Assembly: GCA_035627515.1 (NCBI GenBank) | Contig: DASPLQ010000012.1 | Location: forward strand, 7,269-71,268 | Direction: 5' to 3' | DNA: 64,000 nucleotides | DNA from: Vitreimonas sp. | GTDB taxonomy: Bacteria > Patescibacteriota > Microgenomatia > UBA1400 > PJMF01 | Part shown: positions 10,396 to 20,451 of the stretch, piece after piece | Layout of the letters: each line of letters starts with the position of its first letter | Numbering within the stretch: position 1 is the first letter of the stretch | Program-made: the position numbers and the translations under genes | Notes under the pieces: generated by a model | Database searches by the model: none | What the model was told of the DNA's origin: nothing | The model's input: only the letters and a program-made list of their open reading frames with translations

Positions 10396-12462
10396 GTGTC
10401 AAAAATTTTGGCTAACCTGAACGAGCAACAATTGGCCGCGGTCCAACATCATACTGGACCGGCGATGGTGATGGCCGGTGCTGGCTCGGGTAAAACGCGC
10501 GTTCTGACTAGCCGGGTGGCGTGGTTAATTGACCAGCATCAAGTTCGGCCTGAAGAAATCATGTTGGTGACTTTTACCAATAAAGCCGCTCAAGAAATGA
10601 ATAAACGGGTCGTAGAGTTGACGGGCGTGTCGTTACCATTGTCAGGCACTTTTCATCGTATTGCTGCTAAAGTTTTGCGACGTGATGGCTATCACCTGGG
10701 ACTATCACCTAACTACACCATTTATGATTCTGATGATCAGCTCAGTTTAGTCAAACAAATTTATAAAGAACATCATTTTGATGCTAAACAATATAATCCC
10801 AAAGCTGTCAAAGCCCATATCTCTAAGGCTAAAAATGAGCTCGTTTCATGGCAAACCTATGAAAAATTAGCTGCCGACCAATTTCAGGAATTTTCTGCTC
10901 GCGTTTACAAACTCTACCAATTAGCATTACGTGATCAACAAGCCGTCGATTTTGATGATTTATTATTATTACTAGTAGAATTACTTCACCAGCACAAGCC
11001 TGTTTTAAATAAGTATCAGTCACAAATTACCCATGTACTAGTAGATGAATATCAAGATACCAATAAAGCTCAGTACGAATTAACTAAACTGTTTACCAAA
11101 CCACAAAATAATGTCTACGTAGTGGGCGATTTTGCCCAAAGCATCTATGCCTGGCGAGGTGCGGATTATCGGAACATGATGCAACTTAAAACTGATTTTG
11201 ATGACATTGCTGAGTTCCGCCTGGAGCAAAATTATCGTTCCACACAATCAATTTTAGATGCTGCTACCAATGTCATTTCACAAAACACCGCTCATCCCAT
11301 TCTCAATTTATGGACAGAAAACACTGATACTCATCAACTTCAATTAATTGAAGCAGCTTCTGGTGAAGAGGAAGCTGCTCAGGTTTTAAATTTAATTGTC
11401 AAAGAGAGTCGTGACTATGACTATAACGACATTGCCATCTTATATCGCACCAATGCTCAATCCCGTTCGTTTGAAGAAGCTTTTGTCCGTGCCGGTATTC
11501 CGTATCGATTGGTAGGCGGCTTCAAATTTTATGAGCGCAAAGAAATTAAAGATGTACTGGCATATTTACGATTGTTCTTGAACCCCAGTGATTCTGTGAG
11601 CCGGGAGCGTGCCACCAAGCTGGGCAAACGCAAACTCGCTGAGTTTGAAGCCTGGCGAGTGAAGCGCTCAGCGGAAAACAATGTTCAGGTAGGCGACACC
11701 ACCAATAATTATTTCCAACCACCGTATCCTGTGCTGAAGGAAATTTTAGACGTCACCGGCTACATAGAGACCTATGATAAAAATGATCCCGAAGACGTCG
11801 CCCGAGTGGAAAACGTCCAAGAGTTGCTGAATGTGGCAGCTCAGTTTGAAGACACAGCTGTCTTTTTAGAAAACGTGGCGCTGGTTCAAGATGATTACTT
11901 AGCTGATGCTGATACAGATCAAGATCAGAATGCCGTCACGATGATGAGTCTCCACTCAGCCAAAGGTTTGGAATTCCCAGTCGTATTTATGGTGGGCATG
12001 GAAGAAGGTTTGTTACCACACTCCCGAGCCCTCTTTGATAAAGAACAAATGGAAGAAGAGCGCCGTCTCTGTTACGTGGGCATCACCCGCGCTAAAGAAA
12101 AACTGTATTTTACATATGCTCGCCAACGCTGGACCTACGGCAACATCACTTACTCACTGCGCAGTCGGTTTTTGGCCGATATTCCTCCCCAACTACTCCA
12201 TGAGCACGTTTTGAGCGGCAGTGATAACTACCGACGCCGGGCCTATGATGAAAGCGATGAGTATGGGTATGGGCAACGCTCTAGTTCGTACGACTGGAAG
12301 CGTCAGAACCGACCTAAATCCCATTCCGATCATGCCTACCAAGCTAAAAAGGCTGCTGGCCCCACTGCTACTGATATCAAACGCCGCTTAGTGCTCGATG
12401 ATGATGCCATGGAAGGCGTACTCAATGGTGAGATTGATATTAAGAAATTCCTCGAAGAGTAA
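10396..12462 (+). CDS. pcrA: UvrD/PcrA DNA helicase
   Basis: AGAGSGKT, TFTNKAA, VDEYQDTN, LEQNYRS, HSAKGLEF, EERRLCYVGITRA. Confidence 0.93.
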   Translation: MSKILANLNEQQLAAVQHHTGPAMVMAGAGSGKTRVLTSRVAWLIDQHQVRPEEIMLVTFTNKAAQEMNKRVVELTGVSLPLSGTFHRIAAKVLRRDGYHLGLSPNYTIYDSDDQLSLVKQIYKEHHFDAKQYNPKAVKAHISKAKNELVSWQTYEKLAADQFQEFSARVYKLYQLALRDQQAVDFDDLLLLLVELLHQHKPVLNKYQSQITHVLVDEYQDTNKAQYELTKLFTKPQNNVYVVGDFAQSIYAWRGADYRNMMQLKTDFDDIAEFRLEQNYRSTQSILDAATNVISQNTAHPILNLWTENTDTHQLQLIEAASGEEEAAQVLNLIVKESRDYDYNDIAILYRTNAQSRSFEEAFVRAGIPYRLVGGFKFYERKEIKDVLAYLRLFLNPSDSVSRERATKLGKRKLAEFEAWRVKRSAENNVQVGDTTNNYFQPPYPVLKEILDVTGYIETYDKNDPEDVARVENVQELLNVAAQFEDTAVFLENVALVQDDYLADADTDQDQNAVTMMSLHSAKGLEFPVVFMVGMEEGLLPHSRALFDKEQMEEERRLCYVGITRAKEKLYFTYARQRWTYGNITYSLRSRFLADIPPQLLHEHVLSGSDNYRRRAYDESDEYGYGQRSSSYDWKRQNRPKSHSDHAYQAKKAAGPTATDIKRRLVLDDDAMEGVLNGEIDIKKFLEE

Positions 12463-12536
12463 TCTGTTTAGATTAAGACTTTTTTAGAGTTAAAAACCCT
12501 ACTTGGTTATCTACTGAGATTTATTCATAATGACAC

Positions 12537-13667
12537 ATGGCTCTAAGTTGTGATTTGCTCAATGGTGAAGTAAGTTCAATAATCTCACTTAAAAATGATC
12601 TTCAGGATAAACTCGCTTTATTCCGTGAACAACCCAACACGGTTGGCTTACAAGCAGAGTGTGAAGAGGTATTAACTCAATTAAGTGAGGCTTCTGAAAA
12701 TTTTAAAGCTGAATATCGGTTTCATATCACTGAACTGTTTTCCAAATTATTCTACAAGGATCCTGAAGCGACTTTTGAAGATGTGGAGCCAGAGTTTCAA
12801 GAAAATATGGAGTCGTTTTTTATCAATAATAACTTTCAGGTGGTCTATGAGGGTAATTTCACTACTGTCAGTAGTGATTACTTTCCCAGATTCATCGTGG
12901 CCCAAGAAGGAGACATGAGCTACGTTAACCCCCAGTGTGAATATCCTAACCTCCAATCACTGGGTCGTTTGACAATCCATACCTACGACAAAGGTCCTCA
13001 TTTGCCAAAATTAAAATTTGCTAGAAGTATTGCAAATGATAGTGGGATGGTGGTTTGCGAATCAATTACCTTGCCAGAGATTGAAATACTCGGACATGCG
13101 GAGATCAATGCCAAAAGTTTCGTGGCACCTCAGCTTCGAATACTGGGAATTGACTTAAATCATCGAAATGGGCCAATGATCGATTCTGCTACTATTATTG
13201 TCCATAGCAATTTAGATCTCCCAGCCGTCATCGACGTCGGGGTCTTACGGCTTTTTGCTGAAGGTCATACAATTAGTTTACCTAAGTTACCCAAGTTGCC
13301 ACTAGGAGAATCTTACTTTAAATGTCGAGAGTTATACCTTGATTCACTAAAAATGGGAACCGGCGCCATTATTATTGCTCGTGAGAGCACTAAAATTTAT
13401 ATTCCTGAGTTAGAAGTTATCAACTTTTTAGTCTGTCCCAAAGCTACCAGCATTACTGCTTCTAACTTAAGAAGTGTAGGGGTGCTATTAGATATTCGAG
13501 CTTTAGAAACCGAAGCCCAATTCAAAGAGAGCTTTCCTAAGTTAGAGGCTCTGGATAAGGAAGTGGTGACTGATTCTGAAGAAATCAAAAACTATTTAGT
13601 GACCTGTCGGCAAAAACAGACTATCCGTGGCTCATTTAAGATTGAGTATCAGGACGTAGTGTATTAA
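12537..13667 (+). CDS. LRR-like repeat protein, array 1 copy 1
   Basis: N-terminal MALSCDLL, helical N-domain, YFP motif, LPxL repeats, C-terminal FPKL. Confidence 0.75.
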   Translation: MALSCDLLNGEVSSIISLKNDLQDKLALFREQPNTVGLQAECEEVLTQLSEASENFKAEYRFHITELFSKLFYKDPEATFEDVEPEFQENMESFFINNNFQVVYEGNFTTVSSDYFPRFIVAQEGDMSYVNPQCEYPNLQSLGRLTIHTYDKGPHLPKLKFARSIANDSGMVVCESITLPEIEILGHAEINAKSFVAPQLRILGIDLNHRNGPMIDSATIIVHSNLDLPAVIDVGVLRLFAEGHTISLPKLPKLPLGESYFKCRELYLDSLKMGTGAIIIARESTKIYIPELEVINFLVCPKATSITASNLRSVGVLLDIRALETEAQFKESFPKLEALDKEVVTDSEEIKNYLVTCRQKQTIRGSFKIEYQDVVY

Positions 13668-13816
13668 CTACTATGCTTAACTCTTGTTCATTACTACGAT
13701 CAAATCATTAAATCTGGCCAACTTAAGTTTAGAGAGATTAGAGTAATAAAGCCGTCCCAAACCCCATAATTTAAACCCCAGCTTGGTAATCTTCAAAAAA
13801 ATGTTCATAATGATCT

Positions 13817-14926
13817 ATGGCTCAAAGTTGTGATTTATTAACTGCAGAAGCTGCTTCAGTATTTGATATTAAAAATACACTAGAACAAGAGCTTGACCAA
13901 TTACGTGCTGGACCTACGAGCCGTGGACTCGAAACTTGCCAGCAATTGCTGATAGACACAAAAACCGCCCAGGATCATTTTAAGAGCAGTTATGGATCAC
14001 AGATTCGCAATCTCCTCGCTAAATTATTACTTAATAATCCCAACGCATCATATCAAATGGTTGAACGTCAAAATCGTTATTTAGTGGATAACTTTAGTAT
14101 TGATGATGATCTGAAAGTAACGTACAACGGCAATTTTAACGAGGTCAGTGATACCTACTTTCCAAGCATCATCGATACCATCAACGGTCAGATTTATTAT
14201 GTTAACCCTCAAATAAAATATACAGATCTTAAAAAGATGGGTTACTTCGAAATTCGCGTGTATGATGTGGCGCCAGAATTAACCCACTTAACTTGGGCCT
14301 CTGAAATTGCCCAAGATGATCAGTCTCAGATGTGTGCGGCAATTGATTTACCAGCCCTAGAGTACCTCTATCACCTTACGCTTTATACTGAGGCGTTCAC
14401 GGCTCCCAACTTAGCTTACCTGGGACCAGAAACAGGACCCAACTCACCGCAAATATGTAAGTTGACGGTTAGAAATGATTTAATGTTACCCTCACTTACT
14501 ACGTTGCGATGGCCACAATTTGTAGCTCAAAATAAAACTATTAGCTTACCTAAGGTTTTATACTTAAATGGTACGGCCGTTTTTACCTGCCGCGCACTGT
14601 CACTCGACTCGCTCACTTCCACTGGCGCTGGCGGCATATATGCCCATGAAGCTCACAAGGTAAATGTGCCTCTGCTGAATCGAGCTACAAACTTTTCCTG
14701 CCTCCAAGCAACCGAAATAAATGCACCCCAATTAGCAACAATTGAATATTCTTTACATATTAAGGCGCTATCGACTGTAGATGATTTTAAAAAAGCCTTT
14801 CCAAAATTGAGGTATATTGGCATGAGTGTTTGGACTAGTTCACCTGAAATTGCCGGCTATTTGAAAGACCAACAAAAGAGTGGCGGCATCCAAGGCAACT
14901 TTAGTATTGAGTTCCGAGAATCATAA
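13817..14926 (+). CDS. LRR-like repeat protein, array 1 copy 2
   Basis: MAQSCDLL; YFPSII; LPxL repeats; FPKL. Confidence 0.75.
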   Translation: MAQSCDLLTAEAASVFDIKNTLEQELDQLRAGPTSRGLETCQQLLIDTKTAQDHFKSSYGSQIRNLLAKLLLNNPNASYQMVERQNRYLVDNFSIDDDLKVTYNGNFNEVSDTYFPSIIDTINGQIYYVNPQIKYTDLKKMGYFEIRVYDVAPELTHLTWASEIAQDDQSQMCAAIDLPALEYLYHLTLYTEAFTAPNLAYLGPETGPNSPQICKLTVRNDLMLPSLTTLRWPQFVAQNKTISLPKVLYLNGTAVFTCRALSLDSLTSTGAGGIYAHEAHKVNVPLLNRATNFSCLQATEINAPQLATIEYSLHIKALSTVDDFKKAFPKLRYIGMSVWTSSPEIAGYLKDQQKSGGIQGNFSIEFRES

Positions 14927-14934
14927 TTAAATCC

Positions 14935-16005
14935 ATGACAGCAGCTTGCCCAATTTTAACCACTGAATCTCAAAACATTCTTTCGTACGTTGATGAATGT
15001 CAGCGCCTCTTAGATGATTTTCGCGCTTACCCGACTCAGGAAAAAATAACTCAAATTGAACAATCTCTAACAGGGTTTCACGAAGTGAAACATCGGTATG
15101 TGGAGTTTTATCAAAGTCAGGTACGCAATTTGATTAGAGATTTTTATATGGCGCTGGATGAGCCTTATGAAATTGATAATGCCCAACACATTGCTGATAA
15201 CTGGGTCACTTTTGAAAATGATTATGAAGTGGTATTAGCAGGTAATACTGATTTTAGTAAACTACCAATTAGTTATTTTCCCAGTATCGTTAAACATATT
15301 ACCGGACAACTATATCCCACAGATCGATTGAATGCCTTTCCTGAGGTTGCCTCAATCAGTATTATCGATCTCAAATACTGCACAACTACTCCAACTTTCA
15401 CTAAACTCAAAAAAACAGATAGTATTTATTGTGCACCACCTTCCTCTCAACCATTAATTGATCTTGAGTTCCCTGTTTTAGAAGATGGGGGGGATATTGA
15501 GGTCTTCGCCAATAGTTTCAAAGCTCCACACTTAACAAGTGGTGGAGTACTAGATATTCTTACTACTGAGGACATTGCTTTACCACAGCTTACTAAATTT
15601 GAAAAAAAGGTAAATTTGGTTAGTAAAGGGAACATTCAACTAGACTCACTTCAAGAAATTAAAAATAAAGCAACAATTGATTGCGTTCATTTCTCAGCTC
15701 CCAATTTAGTAACATTAGATCTGCCAGAAGTTTCCATTACTGCTGAGAGAAGTATTGACATTCCTAAACTAAAAAATGGCATTGCATTGAAGGTAAGTGC
15801 TCCTCACATTTCAGCTCCCCACCTTGAAAATCTAAATATGCTCAATGTTGGCTACCTCACTGATCCTGAGGAATTTTTCAATGCTTTTCCTCGGTTACAC
15901 ACTTGCACTCAAATCTTTGTAAGATCATTAGCTATTAAACAAGCAATCGAGGCTAGCAATAAAATCCGATATTCACAAATTTTTGTACTGACTAACCAAT
16001 TATAA
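14935..16005 (+). CDS. LRR-like repeat protein, array 1 copy 3
   Basis: MTAACPIL; YFPSIV; APxL/LPxL repeats; FPRL. Confidence 0.75.
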   Translation: MTAACPILTTESQNILSYVDECQRLLDDFRAYPTQEKITQIEQSLTGFHEVKHRYVEFYQSQVRNLIRDFYMALDEPYEIDNAQHIADNWVTFENDYEVVLAGNTDFSKLPISYFPSIVKHITGQLYPTDRLNAFPEVASISIIDLKYCTTTPTFTKLKKTDSIYCAPPSSQPLIDLEFPVLEDGGDIEVFANSFKAPHLTSGGVLDILTTEDIALPQLTKFEKKVNLVSKGNIQLDSLQEIKNKATIDCVHFSAPNLVTLDLPEVSITAERSIDIPKLKNGIALKVSAPHISAPHLENLNMLNVGYLTDPEEFFNAFPRLHTCTQIFVRSLAIKQAIEASNKIRYSQIFVLTNQL

Positions 16006-16010
16006 TATCT

Positions 16011-17117
16011 ATGCTCAACAGCTGCCACATCCTCACCACTGAACATAATAGTGCCTTGCAGCTGTGTGCGGATGCGCGCGCAAAATTAGAAACCTTTGGC
16101 AAAGATCCTACCGAAGCTAATAAACAGGCTGTAAATGAGGCGATCGAAAAACTACCACCTTTACATGACGAGCTGATAGCTACATTACGACCAAAAGTTA
16201 TTGACCTTTTTACTAAATTATTGACTAAAAACCCTGATGCCACCTTTGCCAATTTAAATCAAGATGACCAACGCAATGTCAGCCAATTTACAGTCAGTGC
16301 TGATGGCTTTGTAATCTATCACCGCAACGCTTTACCGTTATGTAAAAATTATTTTCCCACGGTGATTAAAGAAGTGCAGGGGATGGTGAGGCATATTGAT
16401 ACTACCACTACCTATCCTAATTTAGAAAAAGTCGTCAGTTTTGTGATCGACACAGAAGGTGACTTCAATACACAAATTGTCTTACCAAAAGCCACTCATA
16501 TTGACGCTATATCGCAGTTTACTGGTGGCATGATAAAGAGTAACGTTTCCTTTCCTCTGCTACGGTCGGGGGACAGGATAGAGCTTAAAGTAGCCAGTTT
16601 TGAGGCCCCTTTATATGATAGTGAGGGAGACATCACGTTAGAAACAAAGAGCGATATTGTTTTTCCCAACCTAAAAAAACCTCGTAAATGTACTCTTTCT
16701 ACACCTGGTAACAAGATTGACCTACCAGCTCTGACTGAGATCAGAGATGGAGGCACCTTTACCTGTCAAGAATTTATTGCCAATAACTTAACCGATAGCG
16801 GCACCACTGGCTTGACTATCTCTGGCGCACAACGCGTTGAGATAGAGAGTATGGTTAACATCACTAAGCTTGAGTGTTATCGAGCGACTGACATTAAAGC
16901 CTCAAAATTAAAAACAGTGGAGTCAGTGTTATCAATTCGTGGCATCACTACCGTAGAAGCTTTTACCAAGGCCTTTCCTCAGTTGATTGCAGTGGGGAGG
17001 AGAATCATTGTCGGCTCAGAGGAAGTTCGTGATTACATCGAGAAAATAAAGTCTGAAAATAAAATTTCTGGTCAATTTACAGTGTCGACTATTCCACTCC
17101 AGCCCATAACTGACTAG
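16011..17117 (+). CDS. LRR-like repeat protein, array 1 copy 4
   Basis: MLNSCHIL; YFPTVI; FPQL. Confidence 0.75.
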   Translation: MLNSCHILTTEHNSALQLCADARAKLETFGKDPTEANKQAVNEAIEKLPPLHDELIATLRPKVIDLFTKLLTKNPDATFANLNQDDQRNVSQFTVSADGFVIYHRNALPLCKNYFPTVIKEVQGMVRHIDTTTTYPNLEKVVSFVIDTEGDFNTQIVLPKATHIDAISQFTGGMIKSNVSFPLLRSGDRIELKVASFEAPLYDSEGDITLETKSDIVFPNLKKPRKCTLSTPGNKIDLPALTEIRDGGTFTCQEFIANNLTDSGTTGLTISGAQRVEIESMVNITKLECYRATDIKASKLKTVESVLSIRGITTVEAFTKAFPQLIAVGRRIIVGSEEVRDYIEKIKSENKISGQFTVSTIPLQPITD

Positions 17118-17128
17118 AATGGAGTTAC

Positions 17129-18208
17129 ATGTCTCAGTACTGTGCACTCCTTACTAATGAATTTTCCAAGATGCATCATCTGATGAATACTTGTGCGAGT
17201 TTGCTGCCTGGTACTAACCAAGTCATTACTGATCAACACATCACTGCTTTTGAAAATGCCGCGGCAGAGTTCGAAGCGGCAAAAAAAGAGTTGCCCGCCA
17301 TTTATCTAACTCACATCCGTGCCCTACTTACCAAATTTATTCAAACTTTTCCAGATGGCTCACGCTTTAGAAATAATACAAATTTCATCAATAATTTCAT
17401 TGACAGCTGTCACATCGATGATGATTTGAAGGTGAAACTGAATATGATGATTCATATGCCAGAAGATCAATGGCAGTACTTGCCCACCTTTATTACTCAC
17501 ACGTTAAAACCATTAATCTTAAGTAGAAGCATCACTAAAATAACTCATCTCGAAGAAGCCGAGCAAATTGACATTTCTGCATCTACTAGGAATCTTTATT
17601 TTCATAAATTAAGACATATTACGGATGCTTTTTATGAGCTGAATACTTCACGCCCCATGCGCACTATCCATGCGCCAGCTCTAGAAACTGCTAACCAAAT
17701 TACTTTAGAAAATAGCAACCTCAAAGCCGACAAACTTCACACTGCCAATAGAATCTATATTTACACTAAACCAGATATAATTTTTCTACCGGTTTTACAA
17801 AAAATCGCTCAATATTCAGAGCTGCATGCTAAGGAAATCTCATTGCCCTCTTTAACAGAAATTGGTGAACAGCTTACTTTAAATGCTCAAAAGTGCAGTT
17901 TAGATAGTATCCAGCATGTTACTGCTCGTATCAATTTTTACGATACAGAAACAGTGTTGCTACCAAAATTAATCACCGCTACAGATATGAACTTTGATTA
18001 CAACACCACCACTATCAGTGCCCCAGAGTTAACAACTGTTAATGACATGGATATTGTGTGTGTGAAAAATATCGATGATTTTCATAAATTTTTTCCTAAG
18101 CTGCGCCAAGCTAAAAAGTTAATAGTAAGAAGTCATAGCCTTAAAAATGAGCTTGAAAAGTTGGGCTTACAAATAGATGAAATAGCTGTCGCACATCAAA
18201 TCGACTAA
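17129..18208 (+). CDS. LRR-like repeat protein, array 1 copy 5
   Basis: MSQYCALL; YLPTFI; FPKL. Confidence 0.75.
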   Translation: MSQYCALLTNEFSKMHHLMNTCASLLPGTNQVITDQHITAFENAAAEFEAAKKELPAIYLTHIRALLTKFIQTFPDGSRFRNNTNFINNFIDSCHIDDDLKVKLNMMIHMPEDQWQYLPTFITHTLKPLILSRSITKITHLEEAEQIDISASTRNLYFHKLRHITDAFYELNTSRPMRTIHAPALETANQITLENSNLKADKLHTANRIYIYTKPDIIFLPVLQKIAQYSELHAKEISLPSLTEIGEQLTLNAQKCSLDSIQHVTARINFYDTETVLLPKLITATDMNFDYNTTTISAPELTTVNDMDIVCVKNIDDFHKFFPKLRQAKKLIVRSHSLKNELEKLGLQIDEIAVAHQID

Positions 18209-18217
18209 AAGTTACTT

Positions 18218-19264
18218 ATGACTAACAGTTGTTCAGTACTCAAATCACAAGGCTCACAATTTAGCCCCACCTTAGAAACGCTGGAAGAAATATTGAGCTC
18301 CTTTGACCACCAGCCAACGACAGAAAAAATGACTGCCTTTAATGAGGTAGCGAGTAAACATCAAATCTCCCAAGAACAATTTAAAGAAAACTACAAAAAC
18401 GCTGTGGCTGATTTGTTAACAGCATACCTGGGTCCTAAAATTTCTCAGAATGATTTTCTGCGTTCCATCTTGTTCAATCAGATTAAAATTAATGATGAGT
18501 GGGGAGTGGTGCTAGAACGGCCACTAGATTTAGCAACATTAAATCTTGAATACTTTCCCACCATTATCAAAGAAATCGCCCACCTAGAAACTAATTGGAG
18601 CTGTACTGACCTTTCATCTCTAGAAATAATTGATGAGCTTTACGTTCGCGCTTCAAAACAGCCACTCAACCTGTCCCATCTTAAAAGGATTGAAAGAAAG
18701 TTACACACCCCAGACCTAGCTTCAATTTCACTTGACTTGCCCCAACTCATTCATGCCATTGAGATCGAGGTCCAGACCAATTCGTTCTCAGCCCCACTCT
18801 TACCCCAAGCTAATCGCATATCTGTTACTGCTTTCGAAGGTGCGATCGATTTAACTGCACTTAAAAATTGTAATTTTTGCAACCTCACAGCCTTCGGAGG
18901 CTATATTTCATTACCTAATTTTGAAAAAGGGATCCTTCTTTCTGTTAACTGTGAACACTTTTATGCTCCTCTGTTACAAGAAATCATCACGCTGACATGT
19001 GATTGTGATTATATTGATTTACCTGAGGTTCATAAACTCACCTCACTTTATCTCCTTAAGGATTGTGAGGGTGAAGTCCCCAAGCTGGAAACGATAGGTG
19101 AGCTGAACATCAAACCAATGAGAGACCCTCACAAATTCCGTCAACTCTTTCCCAACTTACGGACCGCCACCACGGTGGTAGTGGGTTCGCAAGGTATGAA
19201 AATATATCTCGAACAATTACCGGACTTTTCAGCTACCACCATTATTATAATGAATAATAGCTAA
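18218..19264 (+). CDS. LRR-like repeat protein, array 1 copy 6
   Basis: MTNSCSVL; YFPTII; FPNL. Confidence 0.75.
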   Translation: MTNSCSVLKSQGSQFSPTLETLEEILSSFDHQPTTEKMTAFNEVASKHQISQEQFKENYKNAVADLLTAYLGPKISQNDFLRSILFNQIKINDEWGVVLERPLDLATLNLEYFPTIIKEIAHLETNWSCTDLSSLEIIDELYVRASKQPLNLSHLKRIERKLHTPDLASISLDLPQLIHAIEIEVQTNSFSAPLLPQANRISVTAFEGAIDLTALKNCNFCNLTAFGGYISLPNFEKGILLSVNCEHFYAPLLQEIITLTCDCDYIDLPEVHKLTSLYLLKDCEGEVPKLETIGELNIKPMRDPHKFRQLFPNLRTATTVVVGSQGMKIYLEQLPDFSATTIIIMNNS

Positions 19265-19268
19265 GCCC

Positions 19269-20381
19269 ATGACTCAAAGTTGCAATCTCCTTACCGAAAA
19301 AAGCACTTCTATCTTCGCTGCTTACCGCGAGGTCACTCAATTGATGGCAGATTTCGTGGAGCACCCCTCACAGGTGAAACAAGACCGGATTGAATCGTTA
19401 CTTTTGCAGTTACCACAGATGAAAGATGCTTTTCGCGCTGACTACATCGAAGAAATCAAAAATTTATTTACGCGGATGTATTTCCCTACAGCCTATCAAA
19501 GTTTTGCCGAAATGAGCAATCATCGTCAACACATCCCCGAACCAATTACAGCTTTTACCGTCGATGATGACTTTTTGGTTAATTATGAAGGCGATCCTGA
19601 GCGTTTAATGGAAAAATATGTACCTACCTTTATTAAAAAGGTCTTAGGAAAAATAATTCATCGCCATACCCAAGGCACTTATCCACATTTAAGGTATGTT
19701 ACAGATTTTGAGAACCGCGTATATGATCAACCGCTGGTATTTCCTGAGCTAACCGGGATCAATTCCTTTCGCCCCGAGCAAACCACCTCTAGGGCCGGGG
19801 CCTTGCACTTTCCTAAACTCAAAACGTTTGACCAAATCACCGCCCATGTGGAAGACTTTCAAGCCCCCGAGCTAGAATATGGTAATAATCTACAAGTATA
19901 TTCATCGAATGATATTATCTTGCCCACGGTATGGAAATGTGGGCTGCTACACTTAGCTTGTAAAGACAAAATGGTAGATCTGCCATCATTGACCCACCTT
20001 CATAAGAAAGGTCAGTTTATATGTGCTGAACTCTATGCCAATCAGTTGAGTACGGTAGAAGATGAAGGTCTTTATACTACCGCCCATAAAGTGCATCTCA
20101 ACTCTCTGGAATCGACACCACATCTAACTTGTGCCAGTGCCTCTGAGATTATTGCTCCCAAATTAAAGTTTGTTTATAAAAGTTTGGATATTATGTCTCT
20201 CCACAGCCTGGCTGAGTTCAAAGCTGGTTTTCAATCTTTGGTTTTTGTGGGAGACAACATAAGTACTAGTTCAGAAGAAATACGTGATTTTTTAGAGGAA
20301 CAAAAGCAACAAAAAAAATTAACTGGGGCACTTGATGGCCCTCGCATTGATTTTTACTCTCGACCGAAACGATCACCCTAA
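19269..20381 (+). CDS. LRR-like repeat protein, array 1 copy 7
   Basis: MTQSCNLL; YVPTFI; FQSL. Confidence 0.75.
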   Translation: MTQSCNLLTEKSTSIFAAYREVTQLMADFVEHPSQVKQDRIESLLLQLPQMKDAFRADYIEEIKNLFTRMYFPTAYQSFAEMSNHRQHIPEPITAFTVDDDFLVNYEGDPERLMEKYVPTFIKKVLGKIIHRHTQGTYPHLRYVTDFENRVYDQPLVFPELTGINSFRPEQTTSRAGALHFPKLKTFDQITAHVEDFQAPELEYGNNLQVYSSNDIILPTVWKCGLLHLACKDKMVDLPSLTHLHKKGQFICAELYANQLSTVEDEGLYTTAHKVHLNSLESTPHLTCASASEIIAPKLKFVYKSLDIMSLHSLAEFKAGFQSLVFVGDNISTSSEEIRDFLEEQKQQKKLTGALDGPRIDFYSRPKRSP

Positions 20382-20451
20382 ACTTCACTTGGGCACACCT
20401 CCACATCTTCAGTTGTGAAAACCATCTTAATAGCAGATAATAGACAGTTGT

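Noticed and set aside
12537-20381. LRR-like array as diversity-generating retroelement targets or lipoproteins
   Set aside because: No reverse transcriptase or near-identical TR/VR pair seen; Cys is at position 4-5 with no hydrophobic signal or lipobox
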